NCBI GenBank assembly: GCA_048213135.1
Contig: PS015055.1
Location: 26,823-81,589, forward strand
Source: Reclinomonas americana ATCC 50394
Lineage: Eukaryota
Reading direction: 5' to 3'
DNA length: 54,767 nucleotides
A program made the position numbers and the translations under genes. Shown here piece after piece: positions 1-14,100 of this stretch. Each line of letters starts with the position of its first letter. The first letter of the stretch is position 1. Under the pieces are notes generated by a model. It searched no databases and was not told the DNA's origin. It saw only the letters and a program-made list of their open reading frames with translations.

Positions 1-167
1 TTTTCCTCTCCTGCTGCGTCTTCTGTCACCTTGCTTTGTTTCGCGATCCCTCGCAGCGCTTTTTTGCATTCGCATGTCTTCCTTGTGGTGCTTTACTCGT
101 ACTGTCTCACTGTCGACAGAGATGTCTCTTTTGTTTTCTGTGCCCGTCCTCTCGATGTGCTTATTTG

Positions 168-720
168 CTCTCTTTCCACTGGTGATGTGCTTCAGTTGTG
201 GACAGTGTCGAACGAAAGGGAGGCAGCGCGAGGGAGATACGGGGAGAGAGGGAGTGAAAGGGAAAGAGAAGATGAAAGAGGGGAGAGAGGGAACAAGAGA
301 CAGAACGAAGGAGAGGGATAACGGAAGAGTTTGAGAGAGAGAGAGAGTGTCAGAGTTGCAGGCACTTCGCGGGAGAGAAGCGTAGAGGGAGAGACTTTGA
401 AGGTGAGAGACAGAGACAGAGTATGTGTGTGTGCGAGAAGGAGATCGCTCTCTTTCCACTGGTGATGTGCTTCAGTTGTGGACAGTGTCGAATGAAAGGG
501 AGACAGCGCGAGGGAGTGAAAGGGAAAGAGAAGATGAAAGAGAGACAGAGAGGTAGAGAGACAGAGAGAGAAAGAGAGAGGGAGCAAGAGACAGAACGAA
601 GGAGAGGGAGAGAGAGAGAGAGTCAGAGGTACAGGCACTTCGCGGGAGAGAAACATAGAGAGAGAGAGAGACTTTGCAGGTGAGAGAAAGAGACAGAGTA
701 TGTGTGCAAGGAGAAAGAGT
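168..720. repeat. Imperfect tandem duplication of a ~280-bp GA-rich unit, probably intronic in the RGS gene
   Basis: ctctctttccactggtgatgtgcttcagttgtggacagtgtcgaa occurs at ~168 and ~448. The downstream blocks gagtgaaagggaaagagaagatgaaagag, caggcacttcgcgggagaga and gagagactttg.aggtgaga also recur. Confidence 0.8.
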
Positions 721-795
721 CGTGACCTGTATTTGACAACGTCCCCTTCCCTCTACGGCACCTCACCTCTCCCTCTCCTCCCCCCACCTACACAG

Positions 796-1249
796 CCATC
801 TACGACAGATATCTCAAACCAGGCGCGGAACGCGAGCTCAATCTCTCCGCGACCGTCACCGAGCCGGTGCACGTGGTGTTCGAGTCGCTCAGGTTAGAGC
901 GGTACGCGGATGCGTCGCGAGCCTCCACGCATGCCGCGCACCTTCTCGTGAACTCAATGCTGGTGCGCGTGGCGTTCCCTCCTTGTGCCTCGATGTTTTT
1001 GTTCCTCGGTTTGACTCTTTGACTGGATGGGTGCAGTTTGAGGAGGCCTACAGGTCGGCGCTGTACTCTTTAAAGTTGCGATTGGCGGCGGTTTGCGTGT
1101 GTGGTGAGAGTGGGACTGCTGGCTGAAAAAAATGGTTGGTGAGCAGAACCGACTCGTTTCCGCGCTTTCTCAAGTCGAGCTCTTGGAAGGCGTATGTGTC
1201 GACAGGGAGGGAGTTGTTGCATAGAGCGGTGGTGTCGGAGGTGTGTTGA
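796..1249 (+). CDS. 3' exons of an RGS (regulator of G-protein signalling) domain protein; the 5' part was not found in this window
   Basis: Exons 796-962, 1037-1074 and 1147-1249 are joined by GT-AG introns with matching phases. They read IYDRYLKPGAERELNLS...FEEAYRSALYSLK|TDSFPRFLKSSSWKAY...*, matching the RGS-box hallmarks IY..Y....A..E.N(I/L)S and DS(F/Y)PRFL.S. The ORF track misses this gene because of the introns. Confidence 0.85.
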
Positions 1250-1328
1250 GGAGGGAGAGGAAGTAAATAGGTGGGGGTTGTTTGCTTGTAGCTCTGATAA
1301 TGCAATATGGTCCATTCACTGTTGGTGC

Positions 1329-2140
1329 TCACGACAGGCGATCGAGGTAGATGTGCATCACTGACTCTGTGATTTTCTGCTCAAACAAGTCGGTGGAGGC
1401 TCCCAATGCGATAACTTCCAGTTCGTATTTGCCCGGAATGTCATAGGCTTCCTTGAACACCTCGATCATCCGGTTCGTGTGGTCCGTGATCTTGATGAAA
1501 ATGACGTGGACGTTGAGTTCGTCACGAAGCCGACGAAGCTGCTCCTCCGGATTGCCGCATTCACAGCCACCAGGAAGTGAGTCGCCGAGCCCAGTGTGGT
1601 ACTGTGCGGAGGAGTAAGATGAGACTGTAACGACCGCAACACACTCTGCGGCATCGAATAAACACCCACCCGAGTTCCGTGGCACGGGCAATCTGCCACC
1701 AACACAAGGAACCGACAGTGTGACTTCGGACTCCACTCCAGCTCCAGAGCTTTCGCAAATCCACCGGCTACATCTTCTGGCGCATCACCACCGCCGCTGG
1801 CGGACTGACTGCCAATAAAGCGAGCAACAGTCGCGGCGTCTGTGGTCAACGGGGTGAACTGAATCCGCTGTGCCCCATCACAATGGTCACGATAGGCGAC
1901 GAATCCCACGCGAGGAGATGCCGTTCGACCAAAGTCTTCGGCAAAGCGACGGCTAAGGCCCGTGAGGATACCCTGAACGTGGTTCTTCGCCGCCGTGATC
2001 CACGCACCCATGGAACCCTGCAGAAATCGATTAAAAAAACAAAGCGTTAGTCTCATTGCAGAACTCAATCACAAACATTTAATAAACAACCGGACGAAGA
2101 CTCACCGTGCAGTCCATCACGAAGACCAAATCGAGCGACT
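1329..2140 (-). other. VWA/MIDAS domain 3, of the type found in VWA-alpha-kinases such as Dictyostelium VwkA
   Basis: LDLVFVMDCT|GSMGAWI...RVGFVAYRDHCD...ASGGGDAPEDVAGG...LEW...LVLVADCPCHGTR|YH...D..PGG. The DxTxS motif is split by the intron 2018-2105. Confidence 0.85.
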
Positions 2141-5100
2141 CAGTCATCTTACCGGCGCCTCCTTCCAAGTCCACGTGCACGAAGTTCGACAGCTCATTTT
2201 TCAAGTCATCGAGCACGAACATATTTGGCCGGTCTCGCATGTCATTCCACAGCTGCTCCACTGACTGTGATGATTCCGCACCACTCTGCAGCATCATGCG
2301 ATCGGCATCAGCCAGCTTGTATGCGTCGCCAGTGCCATCGCCAGCAGTCCAGCAGCGCACGCTCTGCGCCAGCACAGACGGCACGCAGCACATAAGCCAG
2401 TTCGGATACGTGGTTGCCAGCCCGGAGTCCGTCAAACCGACGCTGCAGGCGACGACAGTGACTCCAGCGTGTTCCGCTGCTTGCAACGACTTGAGCAGGG
2501 CCCCACTTGAGCTGCTGTAGCCATCCGTAAACACAAACATAAATGACTCTCCGCCAGCACCGACACTCGACGATTCCAAAGCTGCAGTTGCGTACTCCAC
2601 CGCGTCAGCCTGCGCATATTTACAGTTAAGTAACCACCGTCAGCTCGGAAACACGAAAGCAATACTGCTCTTCTCACGTCGAAGAAAACGCAACATCACA
2701 AGTCTGTCTGTCAACAGAATCTGCACCAGCACAGTGCATCCACTGATACATGGCTCGTGAGTCCCAAGCCTGCTCCTCCGACTTCACCCACTGGACCGTT
2801 TCGCCAAAGACGAAGAGATTGAAGTGCGGTATCTGCAACTGAGCCAAGGCCGCGACGAGGATGCTTGCCGCAACTGAACACTGCACGAGGAAAACAAAGA
2901 TTTGAGTGCACACTCCGATGCAGCGAAAATACATGCTCGGGTCTCTCTCACTTACCATTGATCCACTTTCACCCATCATCGATGACGATTTGTCGAGAAC
3001 AATCGCAATGCGATAGTTGCGTCGACCGCCGCCAGTGAGACGGGCGAATATCTTGCGGTACGAGAAGTCACTCAGCACAGCCCGAATAAGTGACGGCATA
3101 TGCAACGACGACCCAGTGAAATCCGGCCGCCGTCGAGTGTACTTGTTCACTGGCATCATCGTACCCTCCAGCACCTTGGCGAGCTCGTCAATTTCTGGGG
3201 CGTAGTTGCGAGAGAAGTCGGTGCACCATCGCTCAAAGGCGTGCTCGCACGCCACCTGACACCTCGGTTGCGTCAACACCGATGAGTAGTACTCCTTGAG
3301 AGCGCTGCGAGTCGCCGCGACATGTTCCTTCAGCAGCTGCTTCCTCTCCACCACGTGGTGTGCTCCGGCGGACGCATCAGCAACCATGAACACTGGTCCA
3401 ACAGAGGGTCTGCTGCAGCGGAACAACTCTTCCAACCGCAGTCCTCTTGGCTGCTGGAAAACGACTCGGCGCACTGGTGGCGCCTCCGTCACTCGCCGAC
3501 TGGCCGCATCAGATGGCAATCCGCACGGAGCATAAGTACTCAGCTTAACGCGACTCAGCGCCGGCATCGCCAGCAATCCGTGCGCATGCGCTGCCGCAGC
3601 AGAGTCGGGGCGTGGGAGTCCACGGAGAGTTGTGACCCACTTGGTGAACTGAGCGCCCATTAGACTGCCGAGAATGAGAGGCATCTTCTCTTGCTCCTGC
3701 CGAGTGATACTCTGCACGAACTCGCGACCGACGATGTTGGCCAGATCATTGCGAATGGCGATCTCCACATCACCAGGCACTTCCTTGTCCGAGATTTGCA
3801 CGATCAACAGTGACTTGTCCTTGTGGCTGTCAATAAGTTCTCGATAACGCTGGCTGTCTCGCTGTCCAGTGATGCCGTCCGTGATCATCATGACCGATCT
3901 GGACGTCAGAGCCAACAATGAGCAACCAATATGCTGAGAAGAAGAGTGACACAGATACATGAAATACATCAGCCGACTCACCGAAGTACGTGTGCGCCCT
4001 CAGAGCCAAACTTGAAGCCGTGCGTCAGAGCAAATTTGAGACCATCAAGTGGATGAGTGCCACGGTCGTTGAAGTCGATGGCTGTGAGAGGGAACTCCAG
4101 TTAGCAACTCGCGCACCTTTCATCGACAACTGCAACACACGTGCGAACCTTCAAGCAAGAACTCTCCAAGTTCCTCACTCATCTCCTTCTTGAGGTCCTT
4201 CAAAAGCTTCTGTGCGAAATGGACATCTTCCGATTCGCGAGCGCCGAAGCGCACCACGGCAAAGCGGCATTCTAGACGGCGAAGGGTCTCCATGAGAAGC
4301 ACCAAAGCGGTCTTAGCGTGCTCGCCTTTCGACCCACTCATCGACCACGAGGAGTCAACCATGAAGACGAACTCGTACTCCAAAATTGTATCTCCAGCCA
4401 GACGTTGCAGTTGATTCATCGAGCCACGAATACGTGCCGTGAGATCGCGCCGAAGCTCCACCATGCTCTTCAGGCGGCACAGTAACGCATATGTCGCAGT
4501 CTCCAACTTCGCATCTGCAGCCAACGAGAACCGATTGTGATCAATCGCACGGTACTGGCTGATGGCACCAACAGCGTCCTCAATTCGTTTCTCCATGAAC
4601 CCTGGCGGCAGCTTCTTGGTTTTCAGCTGCCTCAATGCCTCATCAGTCAGTTGCACACGGCCATGCTTTTTCAAAGGCCCACTATCGTCGTCATCTGCGA
4701 GGCCGTCACGCTCAGAGTCTTCACCTGAGTTGGTGGATATGCGAGTGCCCATCATAATGTCGTGCAGCATCGCAGCATGATGACCACTTGCGGCACCGCC
4801 GCCGCTGCCGGCGCCGCTGCCTGAACTGGGCGTTCCACCAGGTACCCGTCGTGCATTGGCGGATTTGCCAGCAGATCCTGCTGCCGCCGAGTCATCCAAA
4901 AACTTCAGCCCCAATCGTCTGTTCGTCAGCACTTCAACATTGCCATCCTCATCGTCTTCCTCAAGCAGGCGAACCACGTGGCGCATGTCCGTATCATCGC
5001 CGTCCGCATCAACTGCAGCGTGCGACGGGCTGAGCAGTTCGTCTTCAGGCATTGAAAGATTGCGCAGGAAATCTGCGAAAGTCGAGGACGATTCCAGCTG

Positions 5101-8100
5101 CTGCACAATAAGGTCGTCTTCTGCGCGCCGAGCTTCACGGACTGCGGCAAAGCGATCAGCAATCTGTTCGGCACGGTCGGTACCGTGTGACCTTGGCATG
5201 TCAAAGTCGTACAGCAGCGCTACTCCACCGTCTTTTGAAGACAGTTGCGCGCCAACCTGTCGCAACAGACGGCGCAGTGGACGTGGAAGCTTTCGAGAGG
5301 GAAGACGCTCGAGTACCGACACACAGTCGTTACGTTGCTGCACGGCCAGGCTTCGCAAACGTGGCAAAAGCGACGAATCCATGCTCGCTTCTGTAACGTG
5401 AAGCGATACAGCGATCTGGATTCCTAGCTGCAGGACCTCCACTGCGAGCGCCTGCGGACTTGGATCACCGTCGCCAAACGAAGCCTCCGTACAAGAAGAG
5501 CACAATCGACACGCCGCATCGAACATTGATCGCCAGTGTCGAATCGCAGTCTCCATCTCTACAACGATATGACCAGTGTCACGCGTGGAGAGTCGAGAAC
5601 GGCTTCCGTGATCTCCACCAACCAACTGCTGCCTGAATCGCTCGAGCAACTCACTCACCGCTGACAGTTGCATCCGGACAGTTGGAGCAACATCCTGCAC
5701 GGCGCGAGACAGATCGGCAATTCTCGATTCAACACCGTCTTCCATGTCAGCGCCAGGAGCCACATCAACCCTGTCCGACCCAATTGGCGGAGGCGGGCGG
5801 TTGCGCAGCATGTCTGCAACATCAAGTGGCTTGACGGCTTCGTTACTTGGGAACGAGATCCAACACGTTCCAGCGACATCGTCTGCTCCCTCAAGTGAGC
5901 TACTCGCGGCGGACACAAGAGAGGCAGGTTGCGCGGCAGCTGTGGCTCGAAGGCGCATCGAGTTATTCGACGGTCGCGACGGACCTGCAGCGGCAGACGC
6001 AGCGGCTGTAGCCGCCACTGCTGCGTACGAGTCTCCGCGCTTCGTCGACCTACTAGACGGTCCTTTTCGACCGCTGCTGCGTGCGGACGTCGGATGCTGG
6101 ACGCGAAGAGAGATTCTGGAAGATCGATCCTCCTCAGCTTGTCCATCTGACACTTCAGCATGCACATCGTCCGCATCGTCGCAATCATCTGGCACCGTCA
6201 GCACTCTCGGCAGGCACAACGCTAGCAGTTCCGTTGCCGTCCGCAGGGCGACAATGGATCGACTGCCACCCGCCAAGGTTGAGGCACTGACACAGCGCTG
6301 GAGGACGGTGAACAGGCGGCCCAAGTCAGGCGAGCTGCGGATGCCAGCAAGCAAACTGGTTGACGACCTTGGTTCGCACACAGTCAAGAACGACGCCAAT
6401 TCATCGTAGGCACGGCGCAAATTCGTCGAGCTTGTCGAGGACTGCGAGACAGCAGTGACGAGCACTTGTCTCAGTAGTGCAAGCAAACCATCGACACGTT
6501 CTTCAGTCTGCTTTTGCTCATCCGACACCGGCGACAGCTCGTCAGTGACAGCGACGAACACGTCAGTTGCCATTTGCAGCAGCTGTACACCAGTCACGCC
6601 ATCGTCTGCAACTGACAGACTGTCTGCAAACTTCTCCATGTGGCAAACAGAGGCAGCAAGCTTCCGAACACCGCGATACACTATGCCGGAAACAACGTCA
6701 GCAAATTCGACTGTTTGCAATTCACCAAGGCAGTCGCTTAGTGAACCAGTAGCGGCTACCGCAGCGACAGTCAGCAGCCTGGCAGCGGATGGCATATAAA
6801 CTGCGGATAATGCTGCAGAAAGTCGAGCAGTGCCGTAGCCCACTGCTCGATTGTTTCCGTGATTCCACGACGACAGCAGCTCGCGCAAAGGTCCACCAGG
6901 AATTGTCTCTACTACTGAACGACGCAAGAGGTCGATCCGCCAGAGGGAGGGGTCGTCGCAACCAGCGGTTCGATACAGACGAAGCACTTCCATTGAACGT
7001 TTACCAGCCGCCGATGAGGTGTCAACACCGCGCGAGCACATTACTTCGAATGCACCGCTGAGCACAGCCGACATTGACGCAAGACCACTTGCGTCACATT
7101 GCAACAACTCAGAAACCGACCGCGTTCGGCCAACGCCAGGTATACAGTCGACAAGCAACTGCATTGACGCAAGCAATCCATGCTCAGCGTGTACTGTGCG
7201 CAGTTGCTGCACGCTGAATCCCTCGAGCCCAGCAAACTCTGCGGCATCATTGACAAGGGCTGCGGCGCTTTCAGGCGACCATGTGCCAGCCGACATAGCG
7301 CTCACTCCGAGCGTCGCACATCTTGTCACCAGTGACGCCACCTCTGTTCCGCAAGCAGGTTCAAGCAGCTCAAGTCGCAACTCCTCCACAAATGTCATCA
7401 CTTTGTCGGCAAGGCCTCCGTCAGCCAGAGAACTGGCGACGGCTGCATGCACCCGGCCAAGAGCACCTTTCGCACGCGGATACATGGCAACAACTGCAGC
7501 CAGCTCGGTACACAGCGCAGTAGCAAGTGCAGTCAATGCGGCGCTATGAACACAGGCACTCAACAGCTGCTGAGCGCAAGTCGATGCAACAGCATCGATT
7601 TCCGTCGCGATACGGAGGCATTCCGAGACAGCTGTTTCAACAAACAGAAGTTCCCTGACCAGAGAATCTGATGAACCGGATACTAGGGACAAAGCGCGCA
7701 GAGCAATACGAGTCACAGCAGTCGGAAGAGCAGAAGCGTCCGACTCGGAAGTCAAGGCATGCAGAGTGGCACACAGCATCACATCGTCAGAGGTCGCCTC
7801 CAGTGCACCGATCACAACTTGCCGTACGTCGTCAGCCTCCAATAGATCACAGAACATCGTCCAAATGACGGGCGGCGAAAAATCCTCCACAGTTTCCACC
7901 ATTGGCGACAACGCACGTACCAACTGAATAGTCAACCACGGCGACGTGCAAATCGAAGAGGTGGCAAGCCTAGCAAACACTCTCTCAGAGCCATACAGTG
8001 TCTGTAACAGAGCAGCCAAATGATCGTTCGCTCTCGTGGTGTGGTAGACTCGATCGTCGACGAGGGGGACCAGCGTACGCCGACGGTCACTGCCGAGTGT

Positions 8101-11100
8101 GAACACCGAACTGACAAACAGACGAAGTGTGTCCACGTCGCGCCTGCACATCGTGGACCTGGTCGTCACTTCTTCGACCTGCCTGCGGCGCTCGATCTGA
8201 GTGCCCTTTTGAGTGCGCTCGAAAACTGCTGACGTACAATCCGTAAACCAGGCACACAAATCATCAACCGTCAACTCCGCGGTGCACCCAACATCAGCGG
8301 TTGCAGCCAAGCGGCGCAAACGAATGTTGTATTCGTCGCTGCCAAGCCCCCATGGCACAACACTCACTTGACCGTCAACATGGCCGTCAGTGCCTGCAAT
8401 GTCAAGCGCGACACGAATCAATGGCACGGCGGCCGGTGATTCACCGGACGCAGCTCGGCACATTGACTGAATCAAGGAAATGACGCTCTTTTGACGCAGG
8501 CTCAGGCCGGGAGCATCAGCGTCCACTGCATTGACAGCGGCCCAGCACAACTGCGCAGCTGGTGCGTCGGGAATAGTCGCAGCAGCAGCCAGAACTGCAC
8601 ATTGAACTCCAGTTGCGGGCACATCATCACTTGCGTTGTTGACAGCGGACACCACATTGGAGGCGGGTTGATCACACACCACGTGCTCGAGCACGCGAAC
8701 GACGTGGTCCTCACCAAGTTCCTGTGCAAGCCAGATCAGGCAGGCACGAGCCAACAAGCCACGAGCAACATCGTTGACAGTGAAGTCGCTGCCGACAGTA
8801 ACAGTGTCCAGTGGGCATCGGTGTAGTGCAGTCGCACCGAGAATCCGGAGCGCACACTGTAGAGCCGGTGCTGTCGCGATGCATGGCACACGACAGGCTC
8901 TCTCAACAGTCGTCGTCACTGACTGGAACATGCTGTCTGCCAACACCGCCGCCGAAGTAATTGTCGACCACAGAATTGTCGACGAGCCGGCTGCACTAGC
9001 GCCGGCAACCATTGTCGTGTCCACTCGCTCGTTCAGCATCCTACACCACAGGTGCTCGAAGGCACGTACAATACTCTTGCGATGCGTCTCGTAAGCCGAT
9101 GACCACGTGTGCAGCGAAACCAACAGCGCCGATGGCAACGCCGCAGTCGAAGGCAGCAGGTCAATCCACCACGACTGCATTGAACGTGGGACCCCAGACT
9201 CAGCCGCCATGTTCATCAGCGTCATCATGAACTGATGGAGTGGGGTTCCGGCAAGCACACCAAGACGTCCAACGCTCTCGCAAAACTCGCTCATTACAAC
9301 GCTGAGAGCCGTCGTTGCAGTTGGATTCGACGTACAGTCTCCAGCTCGGAGGACCTTTGCAATGCACGACAGCGATGCCGCACAGTACAGTTGGTACTCA
9401 GTTGGCGGTTCCTCTGGAAGCAAAGGAGCAGCGAGGGAACTGGCGAGCCCATCGATCACGACGTGGAGAGGCCGTCCAACTTCAGCACACAGTCGAAGGA
9501 GCTCTTCTCCGCTCTCAGTAACAAGTCCTGGAGCAAAGAGAGAAATAATTCGCAACAATTTTTGAGTGGGCGATGCAGACGTGAGAAGGTACACGCTCTC
9601 GATGCTTCGACTCCACTCCTGTACGTCTCCACGAGGCATCAACAAACGAATTACTGCGCCCACATCTGGCACGTTGCCAGACGCAAGGCTGCTTGCAATT
9701 TGCTCAACAACGTCTGCGTTCACCAGCACAAATTCCAGCGAGGTTTCAACAGTTACTTCCAATCCGTACAGTGAGGACACGAAGCGCTGCACTGCTCGCA
9801 ATTCGGCCTGTTCAAGGAAAAGCTGAGACTCAGATCCCACACCCGCCGTCAGTATGCGTCGAATGACATCAACCGTCTCACTCATGTCCGAAGTCAACGA
9901 TTGGAGCAACAAACCAACGCTTGGTTGTGCTGCTGCATCAACAGCAAACACTCTGAGAGCTTCCAGTGCCGACGCAGGGTCAGCCAGCAAGTGCACGAGC
10001 GCAGTGGAGAGATGCCCAGTAACTGTGGATAAACTGACGTCAGCAGGCCGGCCGTACAAGCTGGCAGTGGAATACAGCGGACCACAACGAATGACTGCGT
10101 CCCATGCACGCAGTCGACTGGCGTGCAATCGCAGAATATCGTTTGGAACAAACGACTGCAGCACAGTCTCCAGTCGGACTCCAAAGTCCAAAGTCGAAGA
10201 CGGTATCGAGCAGAAAACACTGGCAGTGTCCGAATTGTGCATCGCCCGCAACGCCAAGAACAATTGGACGCCCAACGCAACGTGCTCGGTGGTAGCAGCG
10301 TCAATGTTTGCAGTGTGAGCTCTCTGGATAGCCTCGATGAAGTCAAACATCGCGCTTCCCACAGTATGCGCCACCGAGAACGGCACTCCATTCACCGTCT
10401 GGACGAGTGAGCGCCAGCCACACAAAACGGCGATGCGCAACTTGTCTGCCATGGAAGCACCAGTCGAGTCGTCGTCTGCAAATGAGGACGACAGCTGTCG
10501 CAACACTGCCAAGAACGACGCGAGATAGCGGCTCTGCGAGGCTGAACTGCCGGACGACAACAGGACTGCCTCAAGTCGTTGCCACCACTTGAGATCGTCC
10601 GCAATGTTGCTGTGCCCAGGAAGCGACTGCCGCAGTTCCGAGGTCACAGAGGCAAGTCGTGTACTCCTCAAGCAGACGGATGCAGCCTTCCAGAGAGCAC
10701 TGTCTGTTGCCGATTGTGCCATGTGTGGTTCACGAGCCAGGCACAAGGAAGACAGAACATGCAGCGATTCCAACACGCTCACACATCGTTTTTGTCTCAA
10801 GGCTCGTTGCATGCATACGCGATCTGCTTGCCGAGAGAGTAGTACCAGCATCTCCGCCGCAGAGGCGACCGCTGGCATGTCACTCACTGCGGCAGCAGCA
10901 CTGTGGCGTGATTGGGAATCACTGCCACCAGCTGCGGCGCTCGCACCAACGTCGTTTACATCGGACCACTCCGTGAATGCAGCGTGTACTGAAGTCGACT
11001 TAACTTTCATCAGCGAGCACATATCAGCCACAGACTCAAGAACATCGTCACGACGGTGCGACTGAGACCAGCATGTGAGGATGTGAACGAGAGAATCTGC

Positions 11101-14100
11101 AGTCGAATTGCAGGAGTCTGGGGGAACGAGATACCAGTCCGCTGCACAGTGCTCAGCCACGAACGCCCGATTGATGTTCTCCTCCCGATCGGAGCTGTCA
11201 CACATCGCAAGAGTGATTGGTAGCGCACAGTTCACAGCCAGCATCGTGGGAAAACTGGAACTATCTGCGACAGTGCACAGTTGCCGCAGAAGAGGTCTGC
11301 TGCTTCCACGAGCAAAGCCAACGCCCGCAACGGTATCCATGAAACACTGCAAGAGTAATCTTGCGCCGTGTGCGTTCGTCATGAAAGCGTGACGGCTGCA
11401 GCTGTCTGCCGCAATCCAATCTTCGAGGAATGCAGAGGCGCGCCGCAAGAGTAGCTGCAATAGGCTACGCATCGAGTTGTTCCCTTGCGTTGCGATGCAC
11501 TTCAAGTCTGCGTGCAATCGGCGTAGTGACTCGACAGCTGTGTGACATGTGCTCTCAATCCTAGAGCGGCGAACATCGGCAGACAGCATTCCTTCATCCA
11601 GCTTGCTGTTGCCGTATTGCGCTTGCCGAAGCAGGCGCTCAGCCAAAGCACGATGTCCGTTGCGCAGTATGTCTTCCATGACCCGTTCGAACCTTTCACC
11701 CCGATTCAACGGCACCTGATCGACTTGCAGACCACACGCCTCGGCGAGCAGGACGCTCACTTGATCTTGCCAAGTCTCAGCGGTGCTCATGCGCAAGGCA
11801 ATTTCCACAAAGCGCAAAACGTGCGGTGGCGAATCCTGCAGCAGCAAGCGCAGCGAGTGTTCCGAAGTCGCAAGAACCTCCACGCCAGCAGACCGCAACT
11901 CGTCGACTGGTAATGCTGTGCGGTCTGCAAGTCCAGATGACAGCGACAGCACACTTGAGCAGAGGCTGGCCAACGTCGCACACGGAGAGATGCCGAGATC
12001 TGCAGACGCCAGCGTGACAAGTATGCTATCTGAGCCTCCTCGACGACCAGCACGATACAAAATTCCCACTTGTCCTGAACGAGCGCTCATTGCCGGTTGC
12101 CACTGGGCATCGTTGACCTGCACAGCATCCATGACCACATCGATAGACGCGAATCCCGCAAGCTGCTGTGCATGGACAACTCCCAAGTGCCGTCGGCGCG
12201 TACGCGCAACAAACGATTCACCCGCATGGTCGATCGGAAAGCGTGCCAGGTGAGTGGCCAAATTTCCAACAAAAAGCAACGTCGAGAATCGGGTTCCTTG
12301 CCACGATGTGCTGGAGAACACCGCACTTAGTGGCCAAACAACTTGCAGCGCACTGAGAACACTCCGCGTCACATTCTGGTGTGCCGCTCCTGGGAAACGA
12401 TCAAGAACCTTGACCAGAGCACTGCACACAGCGCCTTGCACACCTAGATTTTTGTCAACATCGGCGTTGCCGCTCGAGATTGCAAGTGTCACCACTTCAT
12501 CCGCCAGTTCCGAAAGGACCTCAACTAGTGAACGGCGTGATGCTCGCCACACAGCCAGCTCTGCTGCTGAAGTGTCCAATTTTTCGAGAGTGAGCAGCTC
12601 CTTAACCGCCAGATCAGCGTCGGGCGGCGTAGGCGCGGTGCGCACACGATCCAATGTATCTCTCACAGTGACGAAAACACGAAGAGAGCTGGCTGCTGCA
12701 TCTGCAAGAATTGAATCATGTCGACACAAGGCGGAAAGCAGCTGCAGTTGACCGCGAGCACTACTGGACGGGGTGTACGAGTCGTCGTCAATGTCAACCA
12801 AAGATTGCAGTAAATCGCGGAGCCCGGATACACACGTCGACAAAGCCGGCAGCACCAGCAGCGTCGACAGTTCGTGCCATCGATTCAATGAATCAAGAAG
12901 ATGGCTGCCACACACCGACGCGCATCGTATGTCGGCAATGACGCGTGTCAGAAGTGGCATAAGTGGTGCTCCCGCTGGTCCACATCGCAGCAAGCATGCC
13001 AGCGCAACTCGATACCACTGAACGCAACCGCCGTCACCACGGACCGAGGAAGCCTTCGTCTCACCAGATGCAACACACAACCAAAGGGCATGCAACAAAG
13101 CAGCCGTCCAGCTCGACGTCGATACTTCCGATTCGTGTGCAAACTCATCAATGTCAACTGCCAACAGCTCAACACAAAGAGTGCTGACAATCGATGAAAT
13201 GCTTGCCGCCGACAGCAAAGCACTTCGACCTGTCGACGATCCTGCTGCAGCAGACGACGCCTTCACGTTGGTGTCGATTCCAAGCTTTGCGGGCAGGGAC
13301 GCCAGCTGACGCCATCCGCGCTCGTCAATGCCAACATGTCCACCACCAGCCCCTTCACCGGCACTGGCAGTGGGCACCAAAAGTTGCAGCACAGTCCACG
13401 CGCGCTGCATCGCACTCATAAAGTTGGCATCGCAGCAGGCAGCCATAAACGAATCGAGCTCGCTGGTGAACAACTCTTGTGCCGAGCTTGCAGCGGTTGC
13501 ATCATGCTCCGCAACAACTGGAATAATGATGTCGGCGGCTTGTTTACAACGTGCAAGTCGGTCAGCTGGTGTCATGTAGCGCCATCCAGACGAACGCGCA
13601 ACCCAATCACGAAGTGCAGTGATCCTCTCTCGCACGTCAACACCAGTAATTGCCACCAGCTTCAATACGAGACGCGCCAGTGCCAACATATCGAAGGACA
13701 CGCCAATTACACTGCGAAGCGCAAACAGTTTCGCAGTATCAGCCAACCAGGTAAGCAACTGCGAGTTCTTCTGTGATCGCGGATCGCTCCCTCGAGCCAG
13801 TTCCTTGCCAAGAAGACGCAGAACCTGCTCGGGGTCACTGGAGTTCCGCGAAACGCACTCCATAAGTGCTCGGATGTAATACGGTTCATTGTCCGTGGGC
13901 GGCATTGGTGCAACGCCTGAAACAACGTGCAACAGAAGATTGTTCACAGTACGTTCAGCGACGGCTTCGAGCTGCGGCAGACTGAGAGGGGCAGCATCTC
14001 GGTCCACGAGATTGAGGACCTCGAGCAACGACGACCGCCTGAGAGCATCGCCCACCGTCGGAATCGCGACCAAAACCAAGTCACGTATCCGACCGAAGAG

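Noticed and set aside
31-720. Short ORFs rich in ER/LS dipeptides, also seen at 38000-39500 and 43250-44200
   Set aside because: They are translations of GA/CA/GT microsatellite-rich introns.
700-1329. An alpha-kinase domain expected after the VwkA-type VWA3
   Set aside because: The reading frame stops at 1329, and the adjacent DNA encodes the RGS gene on the opposite strand.
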